This document shows positions 20,801 through 31,543 of a DNA stretch of 64,000 nucleotides, piece after piece. How positions within the stretch are numbered: the stretch's first letter is position 1; each line of letters opens with the position of its first letter. The notes under the pieces are model-generated. The model worked only from the letters and a program-made list of their open reading frames with translations. It ran no database searches and had not been told where the DNA came from. This DNA comes from a virus (taxonomy: Duplodnaviria > Caudoviricetes), in the IMG/VR virus record IMGVR_UViG_3300020045_001587, positions 1-64,000 of that record. One strand, written 5' to 3'. A program made the position numbers and the translations under genes.

Positions 20801-23200
20801 TGTTTGTGCTGCTAACAAATATGGTCCGCACATTTTCCTCGGTGCTCGTCACTTCGATGAGCGTATGCGAGAATCCATGGAACATTACCATGTGCCAAAT
20901 ATGCGAAAGCAACATGGAGAAGTGCAAGGCTTTGTAGACCAGCACGGTGTATTCATGGACCGAGAAGAAGCACTAAAAGTGGCTACAGAATCTGGACAGA
21001 TTAACAAGTATCGCACGAAGACACATCCAACTAACCTATTATTTTCTGAGGATTTATATTAGTATGACAGACCACCTAGAACCAGACGAGCTTCCCCTTC
21101 TTAAATCCTTGAAAGCTCTTTCTGCACGCTCACAACAAAACCTTGACGGTGATTGTCCTTCAAGGGATGATGTGCTTATTGTGTTTGCTGAGAAGTATAT
21201 TGAAGGGCTGCGGAAGAAGGTGGCTGAGAAGCAATATACTATTGATAGGCTTGAGAGTAAAGTGGATTTGTTGATTAAGAGGGAGAAGATTAATGAAGAC
21301 ACGATTTAGGGTGGCTCAAGTTGGTTCATGGGGAGCTAAGAAACAAGTGCTTATTCTACAAATTTATAAACATTTTCCACCAGACTATTGGCGAGGAATG
21401 CCTGATTATTTGGCGCATAGCAAGTGGGTAGATGCACAACCAGAGGATTTGCTTGAGGGTGACATTGTGGAGAAATCTAATGAAATGTCCTAATTGTTCT
21501 AGCACAGATGGTGCTTATCGAGAGATAGAAGACTTCAATCCGGGTGGTGATCCTGAATGGAGTTATTATGAATTCTGGCAATGCTTTAGTTGTGACCACA
21601 CTGTGTATTCATATGAAGACGGTTTTGAATATTCGGAGGACGAATGAATTGCCAGTGTGACGTATGTCAAACAAATCGTAACAGACAAGTACGAGTAGAT
21701 GCTCTACCAAAGGAGCATCAAGAATATTTTAATGCTATGCTTGAGTATATCTTGGCTTTGGAGTACGATAACAGCTACTACAAAGTTGTGCTAAATGGAG
21801 AATGGTCTTCTGCCGATGCTGTTCTCAAGCGTGCTTTTAAGAAATAGGAATGTAAATATAAGGATGAAGAATGAAAGATAATATACTAACATGGGAACAA
21901 ATTGACCCATACCATAAGCGTGCTGCCGTCATTGGAGGGTGGCTTGTAAAGGCTTATGAGGATGTACAAACTCATAGGGACACTAGCATGGGGCTCCGCA
22001 CTGAAAGTGGCTATGAATGGCGGGTGACGATGTGCTTCGTTCCCGATGAAGGTCATTATTGGAAGAGTGATTGGAGTAAGCGTTGACAACACATACTAAA
22101 ATTATTCCCTGTACTGTGACATTCATGTACAATCCTGAAGAACCTGCTACGGAATTTGAGCCGAAAGTGGAAGAAGAGTTTGAGGTTATTTCTGCGAAAT
22201 TTGGAAATGAAGAAATTATTCACTTGATTGACGAGAATTGTTATGGTATGCTCGATGTGGCTATTGAGAAATATTTAATGGAGAATGCTGATGAGTAAAT
22301 CTGAAAAAGAAGTTCTGATTCGCGCTCTTGAGATTTGCAATGAAAAAGTACGTATTGCAGAAAATGAATGTGATATGCTTGAAGAAGAATTACGAGAGGC
22401 GGGTGAACAGTGCCAAGCATGGTACGAGGCTGCTGATAAGGTTAAGAAAGAACTGGAGGGATTGGAATGAATACAATTGATGCTTATAAAAAGATTCTGA
22501 AAGTAATTAAAAGTTGTGCTAAAGATGCAGTAATTGACAGTAGTGTTGACATAAGTTACAAACTAGAATCACTAATCATTCGTGAAGAAATTCAAGATAG
22601 TTTTGGAATCAATCTATCTAATTGTTATGACTATGGCACTACTTATTTCAAAGTAGATAACGACAAGTATATTGCCAAATACGGTAGTAAGTACAGTCGC
22701 ACCATCTCTTGGTCAGTAGATGGTAAGCAACCAAAAGATGATTGGCTGCTTGCAGTTACCTACCCAACTGGCGCTTATATATTTGGAGAGGATTATCAGA
22801 AAGAGACTTTTGCACAATACTTTGATGAGCTTAAAGAATTTGAGCCAAAGTATGTTGACGAAGTTAACCACTGTCTGTATTATACGGCTGATAAAGCTAA
22901 AGCATTGTATGAGAAAGTTGATGAGATTCTTAATAAATATAAGGTAATATCAGAGGACAATCGTAAGGCCAGTAAGATTGAAATGCTAAAGAAGCAGTTG
23001 AAGGAACTAGAATGACAGACAAAGAAAAGTTGTGTGACCTTCTAACAGAATTTGGAGTAGGTTGGCGAGAGAAACCATATTATACTATTAAGTGTGGAGG
23101 GTACAACTCTTATAATAAGATTGGTGGCTATAGTAGTTTCTACACATTGTTTGAGTTTGATGAAGATGGAAAGTTTATTCAAATGGGAGCTTGGGAATGA
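17862..23200 (+). other. Dense array of about 22 small hypothetical genes (e.g. 18050-18211, 18208-18399, 18805-19275, 19494-20168, 20766-21062, 22467-23015)
   Basis: Overlapping stop/start junctions (ATGA, TAATG) and RBS; no recognisable catalytic motifs. Confidence 0.8.
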
Positions 23201-24537
23201 GTTTATACGAAATTATCAAAGCATTGCAGAATGCTCAAGGAAGCCTTGCAAAGCAAGCTATTCTGATGCAGCACAAGGATAATGAGCTGTTAAAAGAGTA
23301 CATGCGTGCCGTGTACGACCCATCTATTAACTTCTACCAGCGTAAAGCTCCTGTACCAAGTTATGTTTATGAAGACAACCTTGAAATTGTAAACATTAAA
23401 GGTATTGTTCATATGTTGTCAGATCGAATAGTCACTGGTCACAAGGCTAAGGACTGGCTAAAGCGAGAGATGGAAGTTTTTAATGCAGAAGGCCAAGAAC
23501 TTATCAAACTTATGATTGATCGGTCTATTGGCGCTTCCGTTGGTGACATGATGATATTGAAAACTTGGCCTGACCTGTATTTCACGGTGCCCTATCAGAG
23601 GTGCAGCCTACTAGACGATAAAGCTAAGTATAAGTTCTCTAAACTTCCTCTGATGTATGTTCAAGAAAAATGCGACGGATCATTCTTGTACTTGGTAAAA
23701 GAGGCAGGAAAGCCCGCAGAGGCGATTACTCGTGCAGGCTCACGTTACCCTAAAGAGTTTGCTGAAAAGCTCGCTGAAGGTGTTCCTGATGGTGTTGTAT
23801 TGATTGGTGAATTGCTGGTGTATGAAGATGTGTCTACTCACGGAGACTATGTTATGTTAGATCGACAAACAGGTAATGGTATGCTTAATAGTATTCTCAA
23901 AGGTGGTAATGTAGATAAAAACTTCGACTATGAAATGAAGGCTTGGGATATTCTAACTCCTGCCGAATTCAAGGCAGGAAAGAGTGAAACGGTTTATTTT
24001 GACCGACTGAGCAAGTTGTTTTGTATGTATGATTTCTATCAACCAGAGCATGTACAACCTTTGAAGAATAAGGCTGTTAAGACACTTGAAGAAGCATACG
24101 TTATCTACTCTAAATTTACCTCGCAAGGTAAAGAAGGTGCTGTACTCAAGACTCCTGATTTCATTTGGAAAGACGGAACAAGTAAAGATTGTGTTAAGAT
24201 GAAAGTAGAGTTTGAGATTGATTTGGAAGTTGTAGAAATTGTTGAAGGTACAGGTAAAGCCTCTGGTATGATGGGCGCTGTGAAGCTCAAGAGTAGCTGT
24301 GGTAAGCTACTGACAGACGTAGGGACAGGCTTCAGTGATCAACAACGTAAGCATATCTGGGAATTTGGTCTGCCTAAAATTGTAGCAATCAAAGCTAACG
24401 ACATTATCAGCAAGCGGGGTAGCGACACATTCAGTTGTTTCTTGCCGGTGTTCGTAGAAGAACGTCTTGACAAAACTGAAGCAGACAGTTATGATGACTG
24501 TGTTGCTATCCTCAATGCTGCGAAGGGACTGAAATGA
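23191..24537 (+). CDS. ATP-dependent DNA ligase
   Basis: Motif I EKCDG, IGEL (III), EGAVLK (IV), VKMK (V), OB-fold VGTGFSD. Confidence 0.95.
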   Translation: MGMSLYEIIKALQNAQGSLAKQAILMQHKDNELLKEYMRAVYDPSINFYQRKAPVPSYVYEDNLEIVNIKGIVHMLSDRIVTGHKAKDWLKREMEVFNAEGQELIKLMIDRSIGASVGDMMILKTWPDLYFTVPYQRCSLLDDKAKYKFSKLPLMYVQEKCDGSFLYLVKEAGKPAEAITRAGSRYPKEFAEKLAEGVPDGVVLIGELLVYEDVSTHGDYVMLDRQTGNGMLNSILKGGNVDKNFDYEMKAWDILTPAEFKAGKSETVYFDRLSKLFCMYDFYQPEHVQPLKNKAVKTLEEAYVIYSKFTSQGKEGAVLKTPDFIWKDGTSKDCVKMKVEFEIDLEVVEIVEGTGKASGMMGAVKLKSSCGKLLTDVGTGFSDQQRKHIWEFGLPKIVAIKANDIISKRGSDTFSCFLPVFVEERLDKTEADSYDDCVAILNAAKGLK

Positions 24538-24783
24538 TGAAATCATTAAAAGGTATTGTACGAGAAACACACGTAGGGTATGGCGGCAGTATTGCAAAAT
24601 ACCCTTCCATTGTTAAAGAACGCACACTTACAGCAGAAGACATTCAATACATTGAGAGGATTATTAAAGATGGTATGTCAAGCAATTGTGGATATGATTG
24701 CTTTCCGGATGAAGGTGGGATTAATGTTGCCGCGTATCTTCTGGAAGAAGTGAAGAAGCTTATGGCTGTTAAGGAGAATTAAA

Positions 24784-25200
24784 ATTGCACGCTTAAAACA
24801 CGGCCGTCCAAGTAAAGCAATCAAGACACTCTACCTCAACCTAAAGAACCTTCAAGTGCCGTTTGGAAATAGCCTCTGCACTCAGGTAATGGAATGCACT
24901 GTAAGGGTGTACGTAGACACAAAGCCTCCTGACGGAGGCTCCATACGCATTCTGCAAATCTGGACAGATAGAGTGATTAAGTTTGGTGACGAGCATTGTA
25001 GCGTTGTTGTCACAGTTCCGCATAGGAGTGACTTGACAGACTTTCTTCCTGAGGATACGCTAGAGACGCTTACAATATACGTCGAGCAGATGCTGAAACA
25101 TAAACCACAAGAATTCAAGGAATTGAATTACAAGACAGCTATGGGGAAGCGTTATATGAAGTTTTTAGAGAATGATGTTTATTATAAAGAGGGTGTTTAA
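24784..25200 (+). CDS. Hypothetical protein with probable non-canonical ATT start (138 aa)
   Basis: AAGGAG 7 nt upstream of an in-frame ATT; no ATG/GTG/TTG between the in-frame TGA at 24751 and the GTG at 24856. Confidence 0.6.
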   Translation: MARLKHGRPSKAIKTLYLNLKNLQVPFGNSLCTQVMECTVRVYVDTKPPDGGSIRILQIWTDRVIKFGDEHCSVVVTVPHRSDLTDFLPEDTLETLTIYVEQMLKHKPQEFKELNYKTAMGKRYMKFLENDVYYKEGV

Positions 25201-25601
25201 AATGACTGAGAGTGAAATTAAAGAATTCTGTTATAAGCTTGCACAACAAGGAATTTGCCAAGGAAATTGTGAAGAACATCGCGGAGAGGTGAAAGTCGCT
25301 CATACTTCAGGTTGGGGGGGATATTTCTCTTATTGTGAAGAAGCAGTAGCTGAAGATATTCGTAGAGGACTTACTGTTGAGGTTTGTGATGTCTATTATA
25401 AGGAAGCAGAATAATGGTCGAAATTAAAGATGTTGGTGATGATACAACAGAGCTTCATATTGATGATACATTTCTAGCTGGCTGGAGCACATCGGCACTT
25501 CAGAAATATCCAGAAGCTATTTATAAACAAATGATAATTCTGGCTGTTGGCTATGGCGAAGCAAAGGCTAGAAAATCTGTTAGAGAATGTCTTGGGATTA
25601 A

Positions 25602-25997
25602 ATGAAGAAAACCCTCACAGCCTTCCTCTTTCTTCTGCTAATGTCAATAGAAGCGTCTGGTAAGGCTGTGAGCGATTTAGCTTGTGCTGTAGTGGCTTTG
25701 CACAGGGAATGCTCAGGATGCTCTCTGAAGGGCGCTAAAGGTGTTCTAGAGGTAGTGGAAAATAGAGCTAGAATTGACAAGAAATCTTTGTGCAAAGTTG
25801 TACGTTCTTCAGCCTTCCCTTGGAGCAGAAAACAACATTCTTGGAAATTTACAGAAGAAATGTTGACAAGGTATTTTGAAGTGCGTATGATTGAGCCTGT
25901 TGTAGGGAAGATGGCCTACTACTTTAATACAACAAAGATGCCTTATGGGACATATTGCTGTAAAGTGGAAGATCATTATTTTTATTATAGAAATTAA
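25602..25997 (+). CDS. SleB-like (Hydrolase_2) cell-wall hydrolase
   Basis: Signal peptide, LACAVVALHREC, GVLEVVENR, LCKVV..AFPW, YYFN, HYFY. Confidence 0.75.
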   Translation: MKKTLTAFLFLLLMSIEASGKAVSDLACAVVALHRECSGCSLKGAKGVLEVVENRARIDKKSLCKVVRSSAFPWSRKQHSWKFTEEMLTRYFEVRMIEPVVGKMAYYFNTTKMPYGTYCCKVEDHYFYYRN

Positions 25998-26008
25998 AGG
26001 AGAATTAC

Positions 26009-27427
26009 ATGAGTGTAGATTATCGCGCTGTTATTATTGTAGGCTTGCCAAAGGATGAACTTGGCTTGGAATACAATGAAATTGAAGATGCAGGGCTTGA
26101 GTTTGTGCCACGATATTACGATGCACAAGATGGAATTGTAGGTATTGTTGTTTGTGAAAGTGGTGATTATAGCTACGAAGAAATAGCACCAGATTTGACA
26201 GACGCTATTTGTCAAGCGGATAAGACATTTACTGATGCTACTGGTAAAGATGGTAAGCTCTATCTTTCTACTCAAGGATATTAAGGAGAAAATCTAATGA
26301 ACAAAGAAGAAAAGCTGCAACAACTGCAATCTCAATTGAATGCCATTCAGAAAGAAATTGAGCGCCTTAATGAGCCTGAGAGTTATTATGTTGTTGTCAC
26401 TAAGCGAGAAGAAAGTAATTGGTATAAGGTTGGAGAGATTTATAAAGTGTTTTCAAAAATCACTGAGACTGAGCACGGAAGCTATCACGCACTAGTAAAT
26501 AATAAGTATGTCGGGATTTCTGGTAAAAGTTTTGTTAAAATCACTGACCAGATTGTTATTGAGGCTCTGGAAGCCACTTATATTAAATCGTACACTTAAG
26601 GAACTGAAATGAACAACGAACAAACTATTATCCTCACCAAAGCCATCATCCAGCAAACCTTTAGCGAATGGGATCGACGTTTCCGGGAAGACCCTGACAG
26701 CTTTGAAAATATTGCTACGCATTTGCTGCAAGGCAACCATCTAACGTATGGTGAGGAAGCTGCTGAGTATTTCTTGGAAGTGTTTCGGGATGTTGTCTAT
26801 GCTGAAAATGTCGCTAACTGGAAGTGTGGTGTATAATGGGATGGTCTAGTGGAAGTGAATTGGCAAGCAAGATGATTGCTCTTATGGAGCTTGTTGCAGA
26901 TGATGGTGAACAACTACGTGAAGCCTTTCAAGAAATGATTAGGTGTTTTGAAGATTTTGATTGTGACACCTTGCAAGAATGTATTGGTGAGAGTAAGACA
27001 TTTGACCTTGCATTTAAGATGATGTATCCTGAGCACTATGAAGAACTCACTAATTGGGAGAGTGTATAATGAAGAAATATGCTATTGATTATACTGTAAT
27101 TGTTGAAGCAGAGGACATTGACGATGTTGAAATGCTGGCTGCCAATTTAGAAGGAGATATTAAGTTCTGCAATTGGCGAGTTAAGGAAGTGTTTTGCGAT
27201 AGTTTTATTGAGGAAGTGGTGTGATGCAAACAGTCAATGACACATGGATTCATGCAAGCATTTCTAAGGAAGATTTGTTAGCTGCTATTCAGGATAGCCT
27301 TGATGAGTATTTGATGGCTATGAAAACTAATGGTAGTAATTCAGATTATATTTCTGGTGGAGTTGTGGCGCTACGAGATTTGGCGGTAGGGTTGGGACTG
27401 TGTGAGTATGAAGATTTACTTGATTAG
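26009..27427 (+). other. Small hypothetical genes
   Basis: Co-oriented ORFs with AAGGAG-type RBS. Confidence 0.75.
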
Positions 27428-27472
27428 CTATACAGCTAAAGTAGTGTGAATACATAAACTAAGGAGAAAAGA

Positions 27473-28486
27473 TTGATTGAAGTTATTGGTAAAGCAGGAA
27501 TTATAGCAAAGATTTTGGCAGATAGTGTAAATGAACAAGGAAATCGTCTTGTAACATATGAACTAACATACCCTCGTCTGATTCACTCGGAATTACTCAC
27601 GCACAAAATGCTATGCTCTAATTCTGCCAGCAGTCGAGCTATTCCATTTGCAAAGATGGCTGAACAGCTTACGGCACAACCTGTGCGTTTTGGTCAAGCC
27701 AATCCGGGGATGCAAGATAAGGGTGTGGATTTTGACGCTGCTGTATTTGGGTTGTACAGTGCAGGAGAGGCTTGGCTTAAAGCTAAAGACGCTATGGTCT
27801 ATGCTTCTGATGCTTTCTATAACGCAGGCTACCACAAGCAAGTGTACAATCGTCTGACAGAACCATTCCAGATGATGAAGACGGTTATTTCTGGCACCGA
27901 ATGGGACAACTTCTTCTGGCTACGTAATGATAGTGCAGCGGACCCTACACTGCATGAATTGGCACGTTGTATGTTTGAGGCCCTTGAGCAGAGTGTTCCA
28001 CAATTGCTTAAAGCTGGTGAATGGCATTTGCCTTACATTGATGTAGATTATGCTGACATTGGTAATGGTGAACAGCAGTTTTACTTCTTAGATGAAACTC
28101 ATTGTATGGGTGATAACATCAGCTTAGAAGACGCCATCAAAGTGAGTTGCGCTCGTACAGCCGCTGTTTCCTTCCGTAATGAGGACTATGGTCTTGACAA
28201 GTGCTTGGAAGTGTATGCACGACTGATTGACGATGAGCGTAAACATGCTAGTGCTATGCAACATGCTGCTGCGCCGATACAGCAAACTCACTGTAGCCAC
28301 GATTGCCACACTGATGATCTTGACCCTTATAACAGTGTTAATGTAACTTTTGAGCCTCGCTCTTGGCAAAAAGGTATCTCTCACGTAACACGAGATGGTA
28401 AACTATGGAGTGCTCAATACTGTGGCTGGATCATGCATCGCAAAACCATTCCCGGAGAGAATTATGCGAAAGAAAAGCAGGGCTAA
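27473..28486 (+). CDS. thyX: Flavin-dependent thymidylate synthase
   Basis: ELLTHKMLCSNSASSRAIP (variant of RHRx7SxR), HKQVYNRLTEPF, HASAMQH. Confidence 0.85.
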   Translation: MIEVIGKAGIIAKILADSVNEQGNRLVTYELTYPRLIHSELLTHKMLCSNSASSRAIPFAKMAEQLTAQPVRFGQANPGMQDKGVDFDAAVFGLYSAGEAWLKAKDAMVYASDAFYNAGYHKQVYNRLTEPFQMMKTVISGTEWDNFFWLRNDSAADPTLHELARCMFEALEQSVPQLLKAGEWHLPYIDVDYADIGNGEQQFYFLDETHCMGDNISLEDAIKVSCARTAAVSFRNEDYGLDKCLEVYARLIDDERKHASAMQHAAAPIQQTHCSHDCHTDDLDPYNSVNVTFEPRSWQKGISHVTRDGKLWSAQYCGWIMHRKTIPGENYAKEKQG

Positions 28487-29736
28487 ACTCTGTCTCCAGC
28501 TTTACGACGAATTCGCAGGAGAACCATACAACTTGCGAAATGGGAAGCCTCATGGTATGCTTCGCTGTAGTTACTGCAATGAGTATTGGGAGCCTGATAC
28601 TTATGAGACAATTTTGGCTAGTGGTTATAGTCATATGATAACAGTTTGCAAACATTGTGGTGAAGTAAGTTTTCAGTATGAGGAAGAATAAAATGAAATC
28701 AATTGTGCAACAGCTTCAGTCACGTATTGATAGGAAAGGCTACATAATCTCTCAGGATATTCTTTATAGTGATTGGAACCATCCCATGTTAAAGAAAGCT
28801 AAGAAGGAAATTATGGCAGAACAGGCTTTGGATAAGCGTTTGATGGGAGAGCTTATCCGGCTACGTCGGGGTTATGCTGATCTTACTAAAGAATATATTG
28901 GCTTTCTGAGTGGAAAATAATATGACCAAGCAAACAATCCGTCAAGACTTGAAAATCAACTGGATTGCAGCTATTTCTGACAAATCTTGTGAGGAAGCTG
29001 CTCAGTGGCTTGCACAGAATATTCCAGCTAATGCTGTTCTGGAAGTGATGTGCGAGTATGAATATGTTTATGGCGTTGCGTACATTAAAGTAGAGGAGAA
29101 TTGTAATGGTTAAGCGATATGACTTTGAAGATTTCATTGGTGATGATGTAAATCGCATTGAACGTGAATTTGGTGAGTACATCACTTATGAAGATCATGA
29201 AGATGCTCTGCTAGATGCCAAATATGACTATGACCAATTGCAAAAGAAATACGACAAACTTGTGAATAAACTTGGCGCACTTTATCAGGAGGCTTGATGG
29301 ATAATATTTGGTGTAGTATTGAGTGTGACGCTTGGTTAAGTGATTTTGGATACCAAGATTACCTATACTTGTATAGGAAAATGAATTTGGAAGATAGTAA
29401 ATTATCTGAGAAAACTTATACTATGTTGTGTGAAGCGTTCGACAACCAAATGAATGAAGATATGTCTGACTGTAAAAACTTGGCAAATGATGAACAGGAA
29501 ATTCTCGTAAAGAATAATCAGGAGGCTTAATGACGGAAATTGAAAAGCCATATCCAAGCAAATGCTCAAATTCTGAGGAGTATTACAAAAAGCTTGCCTA
29601 CTATCGCTACGGTCTGTACAATGAGCAGAAGGGTGTATTGGAACGGCTTGTTCAGAGGATGGTGGAGATTGATGAGGTGAGAGTGGATGAGGGTAGTGGT
29701 AGGATTTATTGGGTGGGTAGTGGGGAAATTGTTTAA
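28395..29736 (+). other. Small hypothetical genes, including a Zn-ribbon protein (28395-28691)
   Basis: CSYC...CKHC; overlapping junctions. Confidence 0.7.
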
Positions 29737-29759
29737 GGGCGGGTTGTTTAGGAGAGATA

Positions 29760-31529
29760 ATGTCAGCCATTGCTGAGAAGTATGGTATTGATTTGACGCG
29801 AGATGGTAAGGTAGGTTGTCCCGGTTGCATCCGTAAGGGTGGTGATAATAGCCGGAATAACCTACAAGTGTATGGAAGTACGGAGAGCGCCCATTGCTTC
29901 GCTTGTGGCTGGACTATTGCTAGTAAAGAGCATAGGGAAGCAATGGGATGGGATGATGAGGATTATGAGGAGCTTGAAGAAGTGAGTACACGAGAAAAAA
30001 TTACGGCAGAAGATAATGAGCGTATTAAAGGTTATACAACCACTGACGGAAAAGGTTATCGTGGAATTAAAAACAGCACGAATACTTTCTTTGGTGTGCG
30101 CTATGAATTAGATGAAATCACTGGCGAAGTAGTTAAGCAGTATGTTCCTACAACTATTAGTGGGGAGCTTAGTGGCTATCGCACTCGCCGACTCCCAAAA
30201 GACTTTGCAGGACCAGTAGGCCAAGTTGGTAAAGAGTGTGATATGGTGTTTCAGTTTCGGTTCAAGACTCACACTGGCACTTGCATCATAAGTGGCGGCG
30301 AAACCAAAGCATTAAATTCTTACCAGATGCTCTATGACAATCAAGCCGCTCGTGGTAAACTTGATTACGAAACGACCGCTGTAGTTTGTTCTACTTTAGG
30401 GGAGTCTGGCGCGCACAAGCAAGTGCAAGCACAATATGAGTTCTTCAACCAGTTTAAGAAAGTTATCATCTGCATGGATGAGGATGAAGCTGGACAGAAG
30501 GCTGTTGAGCAGCTTGTTAAGGTCTTGCCTAAAGGGCGTGTATGGATCATGCGTATGCGGTATAAAGATGCGGACATCTACGTAGAAAAGAATAAACAAC
30601 AGGAATTTATTCAAGACTTCTTGAAAGCCAAGAAATACGTTCCGAACGGTATTACAGCTTCTACAGACATTACTGACAAGATGCGGGAGTTTCTGAGTAA
30701 ACCCCGTTTGTCCCTTCCACCATATCTTCATAAATTACAGAAGAAGCTGCGGGGTGGGCTTCCAGTTTGTATCTTTAATATTTTGAGTGCTAGTGGTACT
30801 GGCAAGTCTACCCATGTGGATGCAATGACTCTCCACTGGATTATGACAGCAGACAAGAAGGTTGGAATTATTCCGATGGAAACCTGCGAGGGAGAGTACG
30901 GAGTTAATCTTCTGTCCTCTTACTCACAAGTTAAGATGAATTTGTTTGAGACTGTAGAAGAACGGTTGGGATTTATTGAGCGTGAGGACATTCTTGACTT
31001 GCAACAAGAATTGTTCTATGATGCTGATGGCAATCCACGTTTCTACATCCTTGACGCCGAAGCTGAAACTTTACAAGAACGTGTAGAGTACCTAATTGTT
31101 AGCCTTGAGTGTAAAATCATCATCATTGATCCAATTCAAGATGTATTTGACATGCTTGGAGAGGAAGAACAGGCTAAGTTTATGGGCTGGATGAAGGGCT
31201 GGATGAAGAAGGGCATCACTTTTGTGAACGTTAATCACAGCCGCAAGTCTGGTCAAGGTCAGAAGGCTAACAGCAAGGGCGCAGAGCTTTCAGAGGAAGA
31301 TATGATGGGAAGTTCCACCATCTTCAAGTCTGGTGGTGTAAACTTGATCTTGATGCGAAATAAGGACGCTGAAACAGAGGAAGAACGCAACACCACTGTA
31401 ATGAAGCTGAGTAAGGCTCGTGGGGTTGGTGATACAGGCATGGTAGGTAAATACTTCTATGAGATGGAAAAGCACAAACTGTGGGATTTGGAAGATTGGC
31501 AAGCACAGAACGCTCCATCTTATATTTAA
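29760..31529 (+). CDS. T7-gp4-like primase-helicase
   Basis: Zn-binding CPGC...CFAC, TOPRIM GETKA/MDEDEAG, Walker A ASGTGKS, IIIDPI, NHSRK. Confidence 0.95.
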   Translation: MSAIAEKYGIDLTRDGKVGCPGCIRKGGDNSRNNLQVYGSTESAHCFACGWTIASKEHREAMGWDDEDYEELEEVSTREKITAEDNERIKGYTTTDGKGYRGIKNSTNTFFGVRYELDEITGEVVKQYVPTTISGELSGYRTRRLPKDFAGPVGQVGKECDMVFQFRFKTHTGTCIISGGETKALNSYQMLYDNQAARGKLDYETTAVVCSTLGESGAHKQVQAQYEFFNQFKKVIICMDEDEAGQKAVEQLVKVLPKGRVWIMRMRYKDADIYVEKNKQQEFIQDFLKAKKYVPNGITASTDITDKMREFLSKPRLSLPPYLHKLQKKLRGGLPVCIFNILSASGTGKSTHVDAMTLHWIMTADKKVGIIPMETCEGEYGVNLLSSYSQVKMNLFETVEERLGFIEREDILDLQQELFYDADGNPRFYILDAEAETLQERVEYLIVSLECKIIIIDPIQDVFDMLGEEEQAKFMGWMKGWMKKGITFVNVNHSRKSGQGQKANSKGAELSEEDMMGSSTIFKSGGVNLILMRNKDAETEEERNTTVMKLSKARGVGDTGMVGKYFYEMEKHKLWDLEDWQAQNAPSYI

Positions 31530-31543
31530 ACTAAGGAGAACGA

